A stretch of DNA of 64,000 bases from Tubiluchus corallicola (taxonomy: Eukaryota > Animalia > Priapulida), in NCBI GenBank assembly GCA_030141605.1, contig JAQGDQ010000001.1:1922001-1986000 (forward strand). Direction: 5' to 3'. Below are positions 50,601-64,000 of this stretch, piece after piece. The first letter of the stretch is position 1, and every line of letters starts with the position of its first letter. The notes under the pieces are model-generated. The model ran no database searches. It worked only from the letters and a program-made list of their open reading frames with translations, and was not told where the DNA came from. A program made the position numbers and the translations under genes.

Positions 50601-51809
50601 AATTAATAGGCCTATATGCACGAAGTCAGGTGTGTACATATTTACTGATGTATCAAGAGACATGGAGTGAAATGCCATGGAGTGAGACAGGTAAGAAGAT
50701 ACGAGGCAATGCATGCATGCACCTGTTTCAAAAAGTAGCAGAAAAAGCCTTGCTGGAACTTAATTATACTTTGGCTAATTAGTGCAGAGATGGAATTCGA
50801 AACAGAAGCACGAGGAGGGAGTTGAATAAAGGACAACTGGAAACCGCTCAAATTTGAAATTTGAAAATTGAAAAAAATTAACTTTTGAAAATTAGGGGCA
50901 ATGACTTCCGAGTAGGTGAAGGGTGGTATTCCTACGGTACATAAATGACGATGTTGTTGAGTTCAAAATGTCGCATGTATGCAATATTTCCCATCAAGAA
51001 AATTTGTCATATCTTTTACCTAAGTGGTAAAATACGCAGCCTATTTGCTGCCATATTTCAAACAGCTTTTCCGGGAAGTTACTATGATAGGTTTCTATCT
51101 ACACATGTAAGGCGCACATACAAATAAGTGTGTAGATTAACAGTCGGTGACTGAAACTACTAATTAAAACCGTTAGGTGGAGCTCAACTTGCTAGAAACG
51201 CTGTGGTCGAAACCACAACTGGCATTCCAAACTCAACAGAGCTACTTGATGACAAACATGAAAATTTTTACACTGAAAAGCATCATTCATTCAATTCCGG
51301 ATGTCAGGTTAAATAGCCACGATGTCTGAATTCCGCGAATAACCAAGATGTTTCTTCACCAAACCTAACATTTGCAGAGTTTTTCTGGCACATTGCTGAG
51401 TTGAACGATCTTCGACTTGGTTTTGCTTGTTAGAATTTATTCTTGATTGCTGTCCACAGTGGATAGTTAATAAACAAATAGAATTCATCCTTTCTTTAAT
51501 CACTACTAAAGAGCAAAGATATTGTCATTCATTACCCAAAGGCTACTCAAGTACTTCTTAAAACATACTGCGACCTTCTGGAATGTGCTGATTAAAAGTG
51601 TGATAAAGAGTGTTGCCGAAAGGTCTCCATTTCGAGCTATTTACGTCAAAGGATTCCTATGACGCTCGGTATAGTGTGACTCTACAAGTTTTGATGCCCA
51701 CATTCATTCAGTCAAGCCGTGAGAAACACGTCGAACTTTTAGACGTTCAAATGGTTCTTAATTTTTTGATATTTATTTTAAAGTACAAGCCTATACAGTC
51801 CACAGCAAG

Positions 51810-51905
51810 GTAAAATATCGGATAAATAGTGTCTTGAGTAGGATTTTTAAGACTAACTGGAGTTTGAGGTTTAATGCTTTTAAAATCGTCTTTTTTGTTT
51901 TTCAG
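51810..51905 (+). other. Candidate short 5'UTR intron of EH-like gene 2
   Basis: Donor caag|gtaaaa at 51810 and strong acceptor ending at 51905, immediately before the ATG. Confidence 0.45.
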
Positions 51906-52565
51906 ATGAGGTCAGGATTAGCAGTAACAGGAGTTGTGTTACTGTTGCTTGTCACGAGTGCTAATAGTTTATTTCCCTTAATGGATTGTATAGCCGAGTG
52001 TTTTTTGTGCCCACAACACACGCATAAAGGCTTAAAGGACATGGAAACTTGTGCAATGTGGTGTATTGTGACTGCTGGACGCAGCCGTGGTTCAGGTTGC
52101 GAGGAACTCACCACAGATTGGGCAAACAATAATGATATTCCGGAAAACCTTGTTGAATCTCCGGATTTGAGTTCCAATGGCGAAATAGTGGAAAAGAGAG
52201 AAAAGCGACAAGTGGAATCAGAGTCAACAGACGCACAAACAGAGCAAGAAATAGCTGTTCCTAAAACTAACCAAAACGATGAAGTTGCTGTTCCCGAACA
52301 CGCAACAGGTAATTCATTGCACGGTGAGGTTGTTCCGGAATACCCAATTCAAAGAGGCTCCGGCAGAAGCACACACTTGCTGAGGCGGGGTAAGCGTGTT
52401 GACCTTTACACAATCTGTTTAGAGCAATGTGTCCAATGCGTATTCCTGTACGGATATGGCACTTATGATGGTACCTCTTGCGCACAATCGTGCGTCGTAA
52501 GTGGAGGTCTCAGTACAGATCCTAACTGCGAAAATGAAAGTTTTTATATTCGATTTAAAAAGTAA
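51906..52565 (+). CDS. Secreted prepropeptide 2 with two eclosion-hormone-like 6-Cys domains (219 aa)
   Basis: ATG at 51906 directly after acceptor tttttgtttttcag; signal MRSGLAVTGVVLLLLVTSANS; domain A CIAECFLC-x13-CAMWC-x11-C; KREKR; acidic linker; RRGKR; domain B CLEQCVQC-x13-CAQSC-x11-C; terminal KK. Confidence 0.9.
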   Translation: MRSGLAVTGVVLLLLVTSANSLFPLMDCIAECFLCPQHTHKGLKDMETCAMWCIVTAGRSRGSGCEELTTDWANNNDIPENLVESPDLSSNGEIVEKREKRQVESESTDAQTEQEIAVPKTNQNDEVAVPEHATGNSLHGEVVPEYPIQRGSGRSTHLLRRGKRVDLYTICLEQCVQCVFLYGYGTYDGTSCAQSCVVSGGLSTDPNCENESFYIRFKK

Positions 52566-53909
52566 TTGAAAAAAGTCCAAGTCGTTTATTGAAAAAGACG
52601 CTTATAACAGCTTCAATGGTAAAAGATTTGCTCTGTGCTTCGGTTTTACAGAATGCTAAATACTTTGCTCTTATGATAGAAGGCTAGCTAATGAAAAACA
52701 GAAGCTGAAGCTTTAAGAGCTATAAAAGCATCTCAGATTATACAATTATTTATTGGGGTTATGAAAGTCAGGTTGACGATGATTGTAACAGATCAGAAAC
52801 TGTCCTTTTTGTGTCATGGTAAAGATGCGAAAGTTACGAAAACGAAGTTCTATTTATTAATTAGCGCATGAAAAAAGAGACTAGAAAAATTACCGTTTTG
52901 GCAGGAAAAGGAAAATATTTACTCTGAGAACTAATTAATAATCAAAATGTAAAGTTATGCGAGAGTAAAAAATAAATGCTGTACCACGAAGAGTGAGCCT
53001 GGCCACTTCAATTCTGCGATGCACGCACAACCAAAATTCATATTTATATTTTCCATAAACAAGAACGCCATATCGAGAATCGTCATACCATTTATTTAAA
53101 CTACAATGGCTGATTGGAATCGCTATTATTACAAAACAGCAATATCAATCGTTGCTATATCGGTTTTCGATATTAGTTTTTACTAATGACGTATTGTTAC
53201 TAATATCAGTTTTTATCCTCGTTTATTTGTATATCAGAATTTTTCTGCATTACTTCGGTAAACAATGGTGTAGTGTTGTGTTACACAGTTTAAACAATGC
53301 AAGCAAAATTATGGCTCCAGAAAAAAGTTCATGTGTGCATAAATGTGTGCAAAAGTGTAGGTAAATTTCTTACTTCGTTTTTTACCAAAAATTTTCGAAG
53401 CTACAACTGCGTATTTATTGGGGCAAAACGTTTTTCTCGAATGGCTCACATTTATAAAGATGTTCAGTATGAGCAGCATTTTCCCTCCACTCGAAAAGTT
53501 TTCCGGAGGAATTTTTTGAGTTTACATAACAGGAGCATTCTGCAGGGCATGCTAAACACTTAGTTGTTTATAACCACCAATTAAAGTAAAGATTTTGCAA
53601 AAAAGCTAGTTGACGTGAAAGCTGGTTATAAACGTATATAATTATTGTTTAGCGGCCACTATGAAATTTGTGTTTTTCTGGTTTAAATATTCGGAATGTG
53701 CCAAAAAATAACGAATGAATTTGCATTAACTGATCATTTTCAATTAAAAAATTGAAACTGTCATCAAGTGTCGTTTAATATCACACGTGAAATTAACAGA
53801 ACGAATACAAAGAATGTTAAAAAGCTCCAGGTTTGATCATAACTAAAATAAATAAACTGTGAATGAAAACGCGACGAATACGTTTTGATAAACATATTTA
53901 TATAAAATG

Positions 53910-54160
53910 AAAACGTTTGTAAGTCAACTGATTTTATCGTCAGTTATAAAGTGTTAAAATTTGGAACAAAGGCATTCTAATTCTAATTCTATATAACAAA
54001 ATATAAGCGAGAACGAATCAATTGTTATTGAACAATTCCAAGGGTTATTATTTGAATTGTTTCATTTGGATTGTATTTTTATAGAATTAGAATGCATTTG
54101 TTTCACATTTAATGGTTAATAACTGACAATGAAGTCAGCTAATTTTGAAACATTTTCTTT
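53910..54160. repeat. Degenerate foldback (inverted repeat), probably an old MITE
   Basis: ctgattttatcgtcagttat...aacaaaggcattctaattcta pairs with tagaattagaatgcatttgtt...ataactgacaatgaagtcag. Confidence 0.65.
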
Positions 54161-54704
54161 TGTGTAATAAGAGTGTAATAATAATAGTGTAAAGGTGTTC
54201 ATCAAAACTTTGCTTATTTTTATTTTGTTCATAATTTCATTTTGGTTCTGGCTCAAAACATTTGATACTTCAGACAAGGCGCGTATTCATTGTAAAATGA
54301 ATCTTTCGTCATGATAACAATAATAATAGTTTATTGTTAAAAATGCGCTCCATCTAAAGATCTCAGTGCTTTTCCACAATAAAATTAAAGGAGATAAAAA
54401 TTACACAATCAATCGCAATAAAAATAATTATGCAGTTAAAATTTAAAAGAAATAGCTTCGTGTGATACTGAATAAAAATTCGCAGTTACAGTTTATAGTA
54501 AAAATAGTTGAAAAATTTATAGGTTAAAATTTGCATGGAAATGAATAGAAAGTCATCAGAGCTTAAGTTAATGTACTAAAATATTTGGTGAATAAAGATA
54601 TGCAGAATATTGTCTCTATGAATCACTTTAACTTGTCTGAAACTAATTACAAACTCATTTCATTTTTTGGCACATCGTACATCGGCATACAATTTAAATG
54701 TTAA

Positions 54705-55397
54705 GGTATGACTCCATGTGTCCGTAATGCGTGATGCGTGATGTATGATCCGTAATGCGTAAACAACAGTTTGCATTTAAAGATGTAGAAGTGTTTCTAT
54801 GTGTACGTAATGCGTGACCCGTAATTCGTGATGCGTGATCCGTATTCATTCAAACGTAATTACTGTCGTATCACGCAGCAATACGCAAACGAGAAACCGC
54901 CGTTACCTAGGTGATTATAGCGAGTTTTCAAGTTTCCGGGGACCATTTTCGCTGTTTAGCTTTCTGTTAATTCTAGTTAGGTGAGTTTTGGTCATTTTAG
55001 GACCTAGAACAATGATGTTTTTTCATTTGAATTTTTGAGATATTGAAGAAGCATGTAGTTATGTGTTGTGTATGTAACTGCAGTATCACTAATGGATGAT
55101 ACGTGCCACATTGTTCTCTCCGCTGCAAAATGTTCAGCACCCAAAAATATGCTTTCTTTTGAATTTTTCCGTCTTCCGTTCTAATAGCACAGTAATAAGC
55201 TAATGCTGCAGCTGTTGTTATCACGATTAAATTACGAGAGAGACATGGTTTCAAAAAAATTATTGCTTGCAATTTTAACGAATAGCGACCAAAAATGGCG
55301 GAAAGAGCGCCGTGGGTTTTGTTAGTACGCTTAGCGTTTACGGACACATGGAAACAGTCAATACGCATCACGCATTACGTGCACATGGAGTCGTAGC
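54705..55397. mobile_element. MITE with ~35-bp TIRs flanked by TTAA (Kolobok-like or Harbinger-like), 693 bp
   Basis: TTAA|ggtatgactccatgtgtccgtaatgcgtgatgcgt ... acgcatcacgcattacgtgcacatggagtcgtagc|TTAA; internal cgtaatgcgtga repeats. Confidence 0.85.
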
Positions 55398-56529
55398 TTA
55401 ACAATGATAAAGCAACGATAGAATTATCGTTTTCTGGTGTCATGTAAATATTGGCGATAAATTATTTGATTTTGCGTAGTTTGCGAAATGTCTAACTACC
55501 TTGAGCTGTATTTAAGGCAGTAATTGTATAAGTCTACCTGCAGTTATGAAGAAATAAGTTTGTAACAATAATTGTGTATTATATGTAAATTTTTCATGAA
55601 ATGGAATTATGTTACAAAATAAATATTTATTCGAATAGAGCGAGACAATAACTGTAAACTAAGTCTGTGTAATAGAGAAATAAATTTCGTTTTATTGTTA
55701 TTAATATTGCGATTGTATTGACTGTCGAGTTTGTATTCGTTGTTCTTCTTCTTCTTTTATTGCTCTAAACATCTATTGTAGACACAGAGCCTCTATCCTT
55801 TATTAGAGCATTCCACTGTTTTCTGTCTGCAGACAAATGAAGGATAGAGATTGACATTCTTTGCTTGCAATATTTCAAATATTCTCAAAACGAGTTGCTG
55901 AGTGTCACCGACAACATCCAACACTACAATACCACGTTTTCCAAAAAACTTATAGAACTGACAATTTGTTCCATTGTACACTGGGCTGCAGATCCATCGT
56001 AGAGCCATACAGTAGCATTTTGGTTTTTTCAAAAGCGATCGACTTTTCTCAGTTGCTACCTTAGTGTTCTATTGAAATAGTGAGTTAATTAGACGACGAT
56101 GATTTGTTTACATTCCTTAATCAAAATTACATAGGCTGAAAAAATTATTCCTTGCGTTATTGCGAATAAGTTATTGAATGACTGAGTCTTCATTTTTGCA
56201 CATCGGTAACTGTACTGATAAGGTCGGATTAAAGGTTTCACGGGCCTAGGTCAACAAACGAAGGAACTGCACAGGTCAAACGCTATCAAGCTTCTACGGA
56301 AAATATAAAAAATGTTAATTGTTATGGAGCTGTCCTTCAGTTTTTGTTTAGACTTATCGGCAGCCTTTGTCGTTACTCGTGAAAAATAGGAATGATAATG
56401 TTTGTCATGCCTTATCACTTGGAAGTGGGTTAACCAAAAGATGAGTTGCTGTTCGTCATTGAAGCTACCTTTGATGAGGATTCTAAAATGCTGGCAATGA
56501 AAAACATGCAGAAGTGTTGAATTCTTGTA

Positions 56530-56700
56530 TCTAAATGTCTTATGTCCAAATAACCTATGTGTCCAAATAATCTATGTGCCGAAACTATCTTGTGCCCAAA
56601 TTACATGTATGTCCAAAGCAGACAATGCCCAAGTTGTTTACGTGGCCAAGACTACCTGAGTCCAAATGTTTTATAGTGAAGCATCCCGTATCCAAATGTG
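56530..56700. repeat. Degenerate ~15-bp minisatellite (tgtgtccaaataatc-like); related short array at ~4010-4095
   Basis: Recurrent tg(t/c)ccaaa at ~15-bp spacing. Confidence 0.65.
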
Positions 56701-59700
56701 TGATCTATAGAGAAAATGGAATATTTTGCGTACAATACACGCTCAGTCACTCATGTACTTAGTGGCAATGCAAAAAAAAGAATAACATATAAAAGACAAC
56801 TGTTTTTAAGATGTTCATATAAAATAACTTCATTATCCTGTTTACTAAATAGTACTATCTGTTTCTATTGGACTCCGAGTGTCTAACCAAATTTAGGACC
56901 TAAGACTATAGCCTTGTTAGCCCATTGGTTAATCTGCGGATGACCAAAGGGTCCGAATTTACTTTCAAAGAATCATTTGCCTGAAATTATTTAAATCGAC
57001 ATTTTTCGACATGTTGTTCAACAACGACATTGTTCGGATACGATCTAATGCTGATCAAATCAGAATGACTAAATCGCGGAAATGATGGAATAGTGGGAAT
57101 CAACAGAATAATAAAGATTGTCATTGTCCGACACGTGACATGTGAAATCACAAAATAATTGGGTGCAAACGGTACAGTGACAAGCAGCACCGTAACCGTT
57201 TGTTTTATTCCCCAATGACTCGAAGACATGTGCTGCCTCGATAAGAAACGTTTTGTTCAATATCATACTCCGTTTTTATGCATGCACTTATATGGTAGTT
57301 TCAACCATTAGATATTCAGATAACTGATGTTAGCCTTTTATTTACCCTAAACACGCCATTACATCATTTTCTCGCCATTATCTAAATCGATTTGGTAGAT
57401 GGACATCCGGATTCCAGCTATTATCTTGAAGCATTGGCAGAATAAGGCGCCATAGATGTCAAGACGTTTGTAAGTTAAGTGCGAGTATCCGTATTCCAGC
57501 TCTTGGCATTTTCGCTCCCGGCAGACCCCATCGCTCTCAAGTTTACCGAGGGGCCGAGCAAAGTAAATTTTGGGTTCTGTTTATCCACAGTGATATCTGT
57601 AAATAATACCAATGATACATTTGGGAAACCCACGGTGAATGAGCAATTTGAAACTGTTCAGAGCATTCCAATGTTGAGAGGGGGTAAGGAAAGTAGACAG
57701 TTGAAATGCAAGATCGTGTACGCGGGTACAACTAGGAATTGTATAAGTAACTGCAAGTAAATGTCTAGCCAACCATAATTAACTAAATACTATAAATGTA
57801 TAATAACCAACCGATCGCCTAGCTAACTAAATAACCATCTACTCGTCTACCTACGTAGCCATCTACCTACTTCCCTACTAGTACGTACCTTCTATCTGTC
57901 TACTCGCCTACCTACCAGCAAACAATTAGCTAGGTAGCCAGCTAACCATCCAACCGTTACAAAAATAGATTTGGCTACGTTGCAACCATCTCTACCTAGT
58001 AGTAGTAATATTAAACTCTTTATTTGCCATATAAAATACCAATGTTAATAATAATAAACCTCATAAAAACATCAATCAGTGTAAATGTGTCAACGGAAAA
58101 TACGTCAGATGCATCACTACAAGCTGGAATTTGAGCGCGAAACTTAAAAAGAACTGGCGAATTAAAACTGTTGACAAGAAGCAAGAATAATAAAAAAATC
58201 TGGAAAAAATGCAAGATTTGATTGTTTTGGTTACATGGAAATTTCATGGCCAAGGCGGAAATGTATAACATAATTATGTGGCACTTATATTATCGGGCGT
58301 GTATGTAAATGTGGCTGTCTTTCATCATATATTTCTTGACCTTTACTTTTAATAATAATAATCGATTGATTTCTTTCAGTTCAGGGGTAGCAAATTGCAG
58401 ATATGTACACCAAGTTTAGTGACAGAGTTGAGCTATATGTATTCTGTGTTCTAATCCGCTTTATGTAAGTTATTGGTGTTGGAGAAATGGAAATTGATTA
58501 TGCTTAAAAGAAGGGATACTAATGCAATTGTACATGAACGTTACTGTGTAAACGTCTCTATGGGCAGAACAGAACAGGCATCCCAAAACAGGAATCTCCA
58601 TCATCGATTTTGTTAAGACAGTTGACGAATGCTTTTTGTTAGTTTGTGATGATCTGAGCGAGTATTTTGTCATCAGCTTAAGTGCGAAATTTTTCTGTTT
58701 AATTTTTTGAGGCAATATGTAGCGCCGTATATGTAGTCTGAGCAAAGATTAGTACCTTGAATGTGTATGAGTTTGAGTTGTCAATTGACTTCTCATTTAC
58801 CTGAGATATGAAGTGCTTGAATCTGTTTTGTTATACGTATTGTTAAGATGTGCACCTGCCTACCTATCTAGCGATCTAGTTAGCCATAATGACTGTTGCT
58901 GTACAGCGATTGTTGTTTTCTATTGCATTTGCTGGAGGTGGGCGTTGTAACTTCTGTTAGCTTAGTTTGTTTAACCATTTATTTTTCAAAATGCAAAATT
59001 GCGAAACTGAAACTTCAATTCGGCATAAATTCTTTCTTTTTGTGTGCGGTAATTTTAATTACAGTATTAATCAAATAGGCACCATTAGATTTCCGTTAAA
59101 TAAGCAAAACATTTTCACGTCATAAGTTTATATTTTACCAATTTCAAAGCATACACGGAATACAGTACAATGCAACTCAATGCAGTGCAGCGTAAAGCAA
59201 AGTGATATTACAAAGCAGCACAATGGAAAAAAATGGAGAAGTGAGGAAAAGAAAGGAGAGAAGTGGAGTAAAACAGAGAGAAGTAAAGGGGAAAGAAGAA
59301 AAAATAAAATAGGCATACACTATTCAGGTCTTATTTTGTACAGCAACACATCTGTGAAATGCTATAACAGCCACAACGAAATTGTACAAATCAATGCGGT
59401 TCACGTTTAAACTAAGGCATTTAAACCCAAAATAAATATTTGTTGATTGGTCTTAACTCACCCTACTTCATTCATTTAGCGCATTTGCTGCATCAATTAC
59501 ACACACTGCACAATAAAAATTCAAAATGAATAATAATATAATGAAATGTCCAATTGCAACTTAATTTAATGACAGCAGGTTTATTAGTAACGGGATATTT
59601 CAGAAGCAAGTGTTCATTCAATAAGGTTTCATGAAGTGAATGGCATAAAGTTCGATGAAAAATTTGTAAGATGTAATTAATACTAAATAGTGATTGAAAA

Positions 59701-61206
59701 TACTTATCTTTTTGTTTCTTTACAGTGTGATCTTTTTACTAATATCATTTACTTGTTGTCATTATGAATTATAACCATGCCTAATGTATATTATAAACAA
59801 ATTATATTACGCAGCAAATCACGGTAATAGAAAGCTAATAGCTGGCAAAACTAAGTGCTATGATATTAAATTGTCGCAGACTGAAATCGTACTGCCTGTC
59901 TAAACATTTGTATTTCAAAGGCATTGGAATACAGCCATTGCCAAAATTTAAAGTACAGTTAGTTGCAAAAGACTCTGCTCTCTATGAACATCTGCCCTCT
60001 ATTAACATTATATTACTTGAATACTTTTGCATTGGTCAAATCAGTGAACGAACAGTGGTTTTCAATAAACATTCAGTTTCACCGACAAATAGTCCAAACA
60101 TTTTAAATTGTACATTGCACACGAGTAGTTTCTTCAAGAGATAATCTGAGTTTTTGCGATTCATATTTTGATTTTAAGATTATTATGGGATTTTAATGCT
60201 ACTTGTATGTTGTAAGAAGAAAACCTTCTAGCTATTCTTTCTACGCAGTTGAAAGTATGGAATAACAGCTATAAATATGTATATTGATTAAGTATTCTGC
60301 TGCGTTCTTTGGAGAAACCATCACTTTTTACTGCTACACAAGTGTCGAATTTATTTCTGGTAGCTAGACTTCGCAACAATGATCAGTTAAAAATAGCAAG
60401 CTTGAGCAATGAAGATACTTTGGACTTATGTTTGCTAATAAACTTACTAATGGGTGCGTATGGATTCTCCTATCAAGCAAACCTGAGAATGAATTTTGTT
60501 ATTACGGAAATTATAATTTCTCCTACTTCATTGTCATTTTTCCAATTTACCAATGCGACATATTCAAGCATGCAATCATTTTATGATAACGTGATTAGTA
60601 CTAATCCAATTATCCAACTCACTACTTATATATATATAGGTCAGAAAAAATCTCAAATATTTTTGGCTGTGTAGACATAGGCGAGCTTCCAACGGAATTT
60701 TGCTATTGTCATATTGCTAACTCAGGATTTAGATTTTTTATTACCATTTTATTTGGCACCTTTTCACAATATACAGGTTGCATTAAAATCAATAATAACG
60801 TTAGTCTAATTTCCATCGTAAAAATTTAGATTACTCCTAAAAAGTTTATTGGTGCGGTGCATAATTTAAAGTGTTTGGACTGTCCATGGGAATATGCTGG
60901 TGAAAGCGCACGTTCATTGAAAAACCAAAGCGCAAGTTATCATCTTAAAATGTATGTTATATTCCACTCAGATTTAAAACTAGATCGTTCTTTCAATTTG
61001 GACCATAAAATATTTTGGCAAATGCAATAACTGCACTGAGCTAAATTACCACAAACGTAACAAATTGCACTACATATTTTTGGCATTAACTATATTTCAA
61101 TGCTTTAAGAATACAAGTGTTCAACAATTGATCAAAAAGTGTAATTTCAATCTGTGACGCTTAGTAGCGCAGACTGATTTGTTGTATATCAACTATTAAA
61201 ATCCTA

Positions 61207-61217
61207 TCATCATCATT

Positions 61218-61292
<75 letters not shown>
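61207..61292. repeat. (CAT)n microsatellite
   Basis: Direct reading; source of the spurious poly-Asp ORF. Confidence 0.97.
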
Positions 61293-62442
61293 GTTATTAT
61301 CTTTTTTGTCTAATGTAATTTGCTTGCTATGCAGTGCCGTCATTTCACGAGGACTTGATGAAAACTGAAATATCGTGTTATTATAAACCTGTTGGAATTC
61401 AAGTTATCACGGTTATCGTTGTAATTATATAGATCTAATGCATCATTCATCAATTTTAGAATGTCCAACTGTTTACTATTCCCGGACACTGATTGACAAT
61501 AATTGTCTTCGATCCATGCGAATCATTTTGATTTTTCAAAACTCAACGCATGGCAGGTTTTCCTGTTTACTTAATTTCGCTTGAGAGGAAAAATAGCTAC
61601 AAAATATCAGAAACCACTCATCGCACAATGCACAAGCTCACGTCTTTTTAAATTATATTCTAGCATATACGTTGTCAGTTAAGATATGCATGTATGTAAG
61701 CTTTCTATACCTACAATGGTCAGTTAAATTATTCTAATTTAAAAGGATGATTTGATTGACATATTCAGGTCACTCACAAAAAATCGCCATTTTTTGATAA
61801 ACTTTTTCAGGGCATATGGGGCGGCACAGTGACTCCCTCTCAATCGCCCAAGCACCTTTCTGAACCAAAATTAATGAGTCTCATGGTCGACCTTTAGGAG
61901 ATAATGACCTGGCAATTCAGCACCGATAGAAGCAGTACGACCAAGATAAATTCGAGCTCATTCTTATTGACCTTGGATTTGATGAGCGTCTTATCCTGGG
62001 CGGTAAAGCACAGACTTGCATGTATAGAATTAAACAAGCAGTACAACTTGCGTTATAATTGCTTTTTATCATTCCTCTACTCAGTCGTTCACAATAGACT
62101 TAGAAGTGGAGAAGATCTCAATAACCAAACTAACACCACTGCTGAGTCATCAGAGCTGCAATGTTAGTTCTGTTACTCAGTCATTAATTGTTACTCTTCC
62201 ATTACTGCGAGTTCGATTTATTTTTGCACATGCACTAGGGATTAATCAACATTAATGAGTGATTGTGGAAGAAAAGTCTGGGGAATTATTGTGCCGCAGC
62301 GTCGCACATTAATCTGCAATGCAGCATATAATTATGCTTAGAGGAGCCATAATAAAACCGGTGATCATCGAGGGAGACCAAGAGAAAGAAATTAAAAGAA
62401 AGACAGAGACACACATAGAGAAAGAGTGTAAAGAGTGTACAG

Positions 62443-62731
<289 letters not shown>

Positions 62732-64000
62732 TTAGGAGAAAGAGGGAGAAAAGTGAGAGATGAGGAGAGAGACAGAGGCAAATAGAAGTAGTGGAAGAGA
62801 GGTTGAAAATTGATGAAACTGTGAAACATAATGCGTATTTCAGTTTGTGAATCTGGGCTCCAGTGTGGAATACTAAAGTTCATAATTTTGTTAACTGGAG
62901 CGTGGGCAAAATTCTTTTAGCAACTGCCAAACACTGTACAAGTCCTTATCCAACATTATTTAAATTTTGATGTGGATCACTTTAATTTACTAAATTAAAA
63001 TTAACTACAACTATAACTTTGAGTAAATCTTGGTTAACTCGACTACAAAATCTGTCTCAGAAAATGGCGCACGGCCTACTTTTCAATTAAAATTTAAGGA
63101 TACCGAAGGCTTTGTACAGTTAACAGCTATGTGCTTTGTAACATTTTGTAGCTGTTTTTCTTTATTACAACTAATTAATTAAACAGAAAAGAGTTGCCGA
63201 CTTATTGCAACACTGAACAGGTTTAAAAAAGAGATGTAAATTCGGCGCCGATCGATGATGAAAGTCGGAATCCGGGATCCAAGACCACATGGTAAGGTCT
63301 ATTTAAAGTAACTGGGCCAAGTGATCTACCTGGGCCAAGCCGTGTTTGGATGGGCATAAATCCCGCTGAACCACAGAAATACAGTAAACAGGGGCAGATG
63401 ACACTTTCTAGTAGCAGTTTTCTTATCCATCTAACTAACCCGACTTGGCATTGCTTTACTTTGCAGCAGGCATACACCGTGACCAGTTAACTATTATCTG
63501 ACCAAAAACGCAATAGAAAAAGCTGTGTGTTCCATTATAACTTTTTTCACGTCTGTATTTTGATGGTTAACGGTACAAATTCTTGTTTGCAAGACCTTGT
63601 TACTTGAAAGACAAATATACTCTCGTGACAGCATGAGGAAATGGTTGGTGCATATAATCCAATTTCGAAAGATTCTTTCCATTTTATAAACCATACTGCT
63701 AGTTATAAATCGCGAAAACATCTGCCGATTTAGCTTGGTATCGTATTAACTTAATTCGTTTTCTCGGAAAATCTAATTGCGGGGGCGTATGATGAAGGCA
63801 GTTGTTGCAAACAGGAAACAGCTCCAGTGGACGGTTCAATAGTATTATTGTGTGGCTGCGTCACCTAGTATCAAGAATATTAAATAATCTGATAAAATGT
63901 TTTAATAAAGACGAACAATTTCTTATTTACCACAGTTATGATTATTTGAAACTGGTCCATAATATTTTACTATTACCTATAAGTTTAGACTGAAAGGTAG

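Noticed and set aside
51834-51905. N-terminal 24-aa extension of the EH-like-2 ORF
   Set aside because: Starts at TTG and is the intron's polypyrimidine tract; the signal peptide and the paralog place the start at 51906.

Overview
AT-rich, intron-containing genomic DNA from an invertebrate animal (species not determinable from sequence alone), dense in transposon relics and microsatellites. The core content is two tandem head-to-head gene pairs. Each pair has a minus-strand gene with a receptor-guanylyl-cyclase (rGC) type ectodomain and a plus-strand gene for a secreted prepropeptide. Each prepropeptide carries TWO eclosion-hormone (EH)-like six-cysteine domains separated by an acidic linker flanked by furin-type sites. 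Pair 1 is rGC-A (only exon 1 visible, 7659-7273; the rest must lie left of the window) with EH-like-1 (24202-24849). Pair 2 is rGC-B (7 coding exons, 40984-30476, 488 aa by manual splicing) with EH-like-2 (51906-52565). rGC-B stops just after the juxtamembrane cysteine hinge, and I found no transmembrane, kinase-homology or cyclase exons, so it is predicted to be a soluble ectodomain. Insect EH signals through an rGC, so this looks like a physically linked, co-duplicated ligand/receptor (or ligand/binding-protein) locus; that functional link is inference. All exon boundaries, alignments and identities were derived by hand, and no database searches were run.
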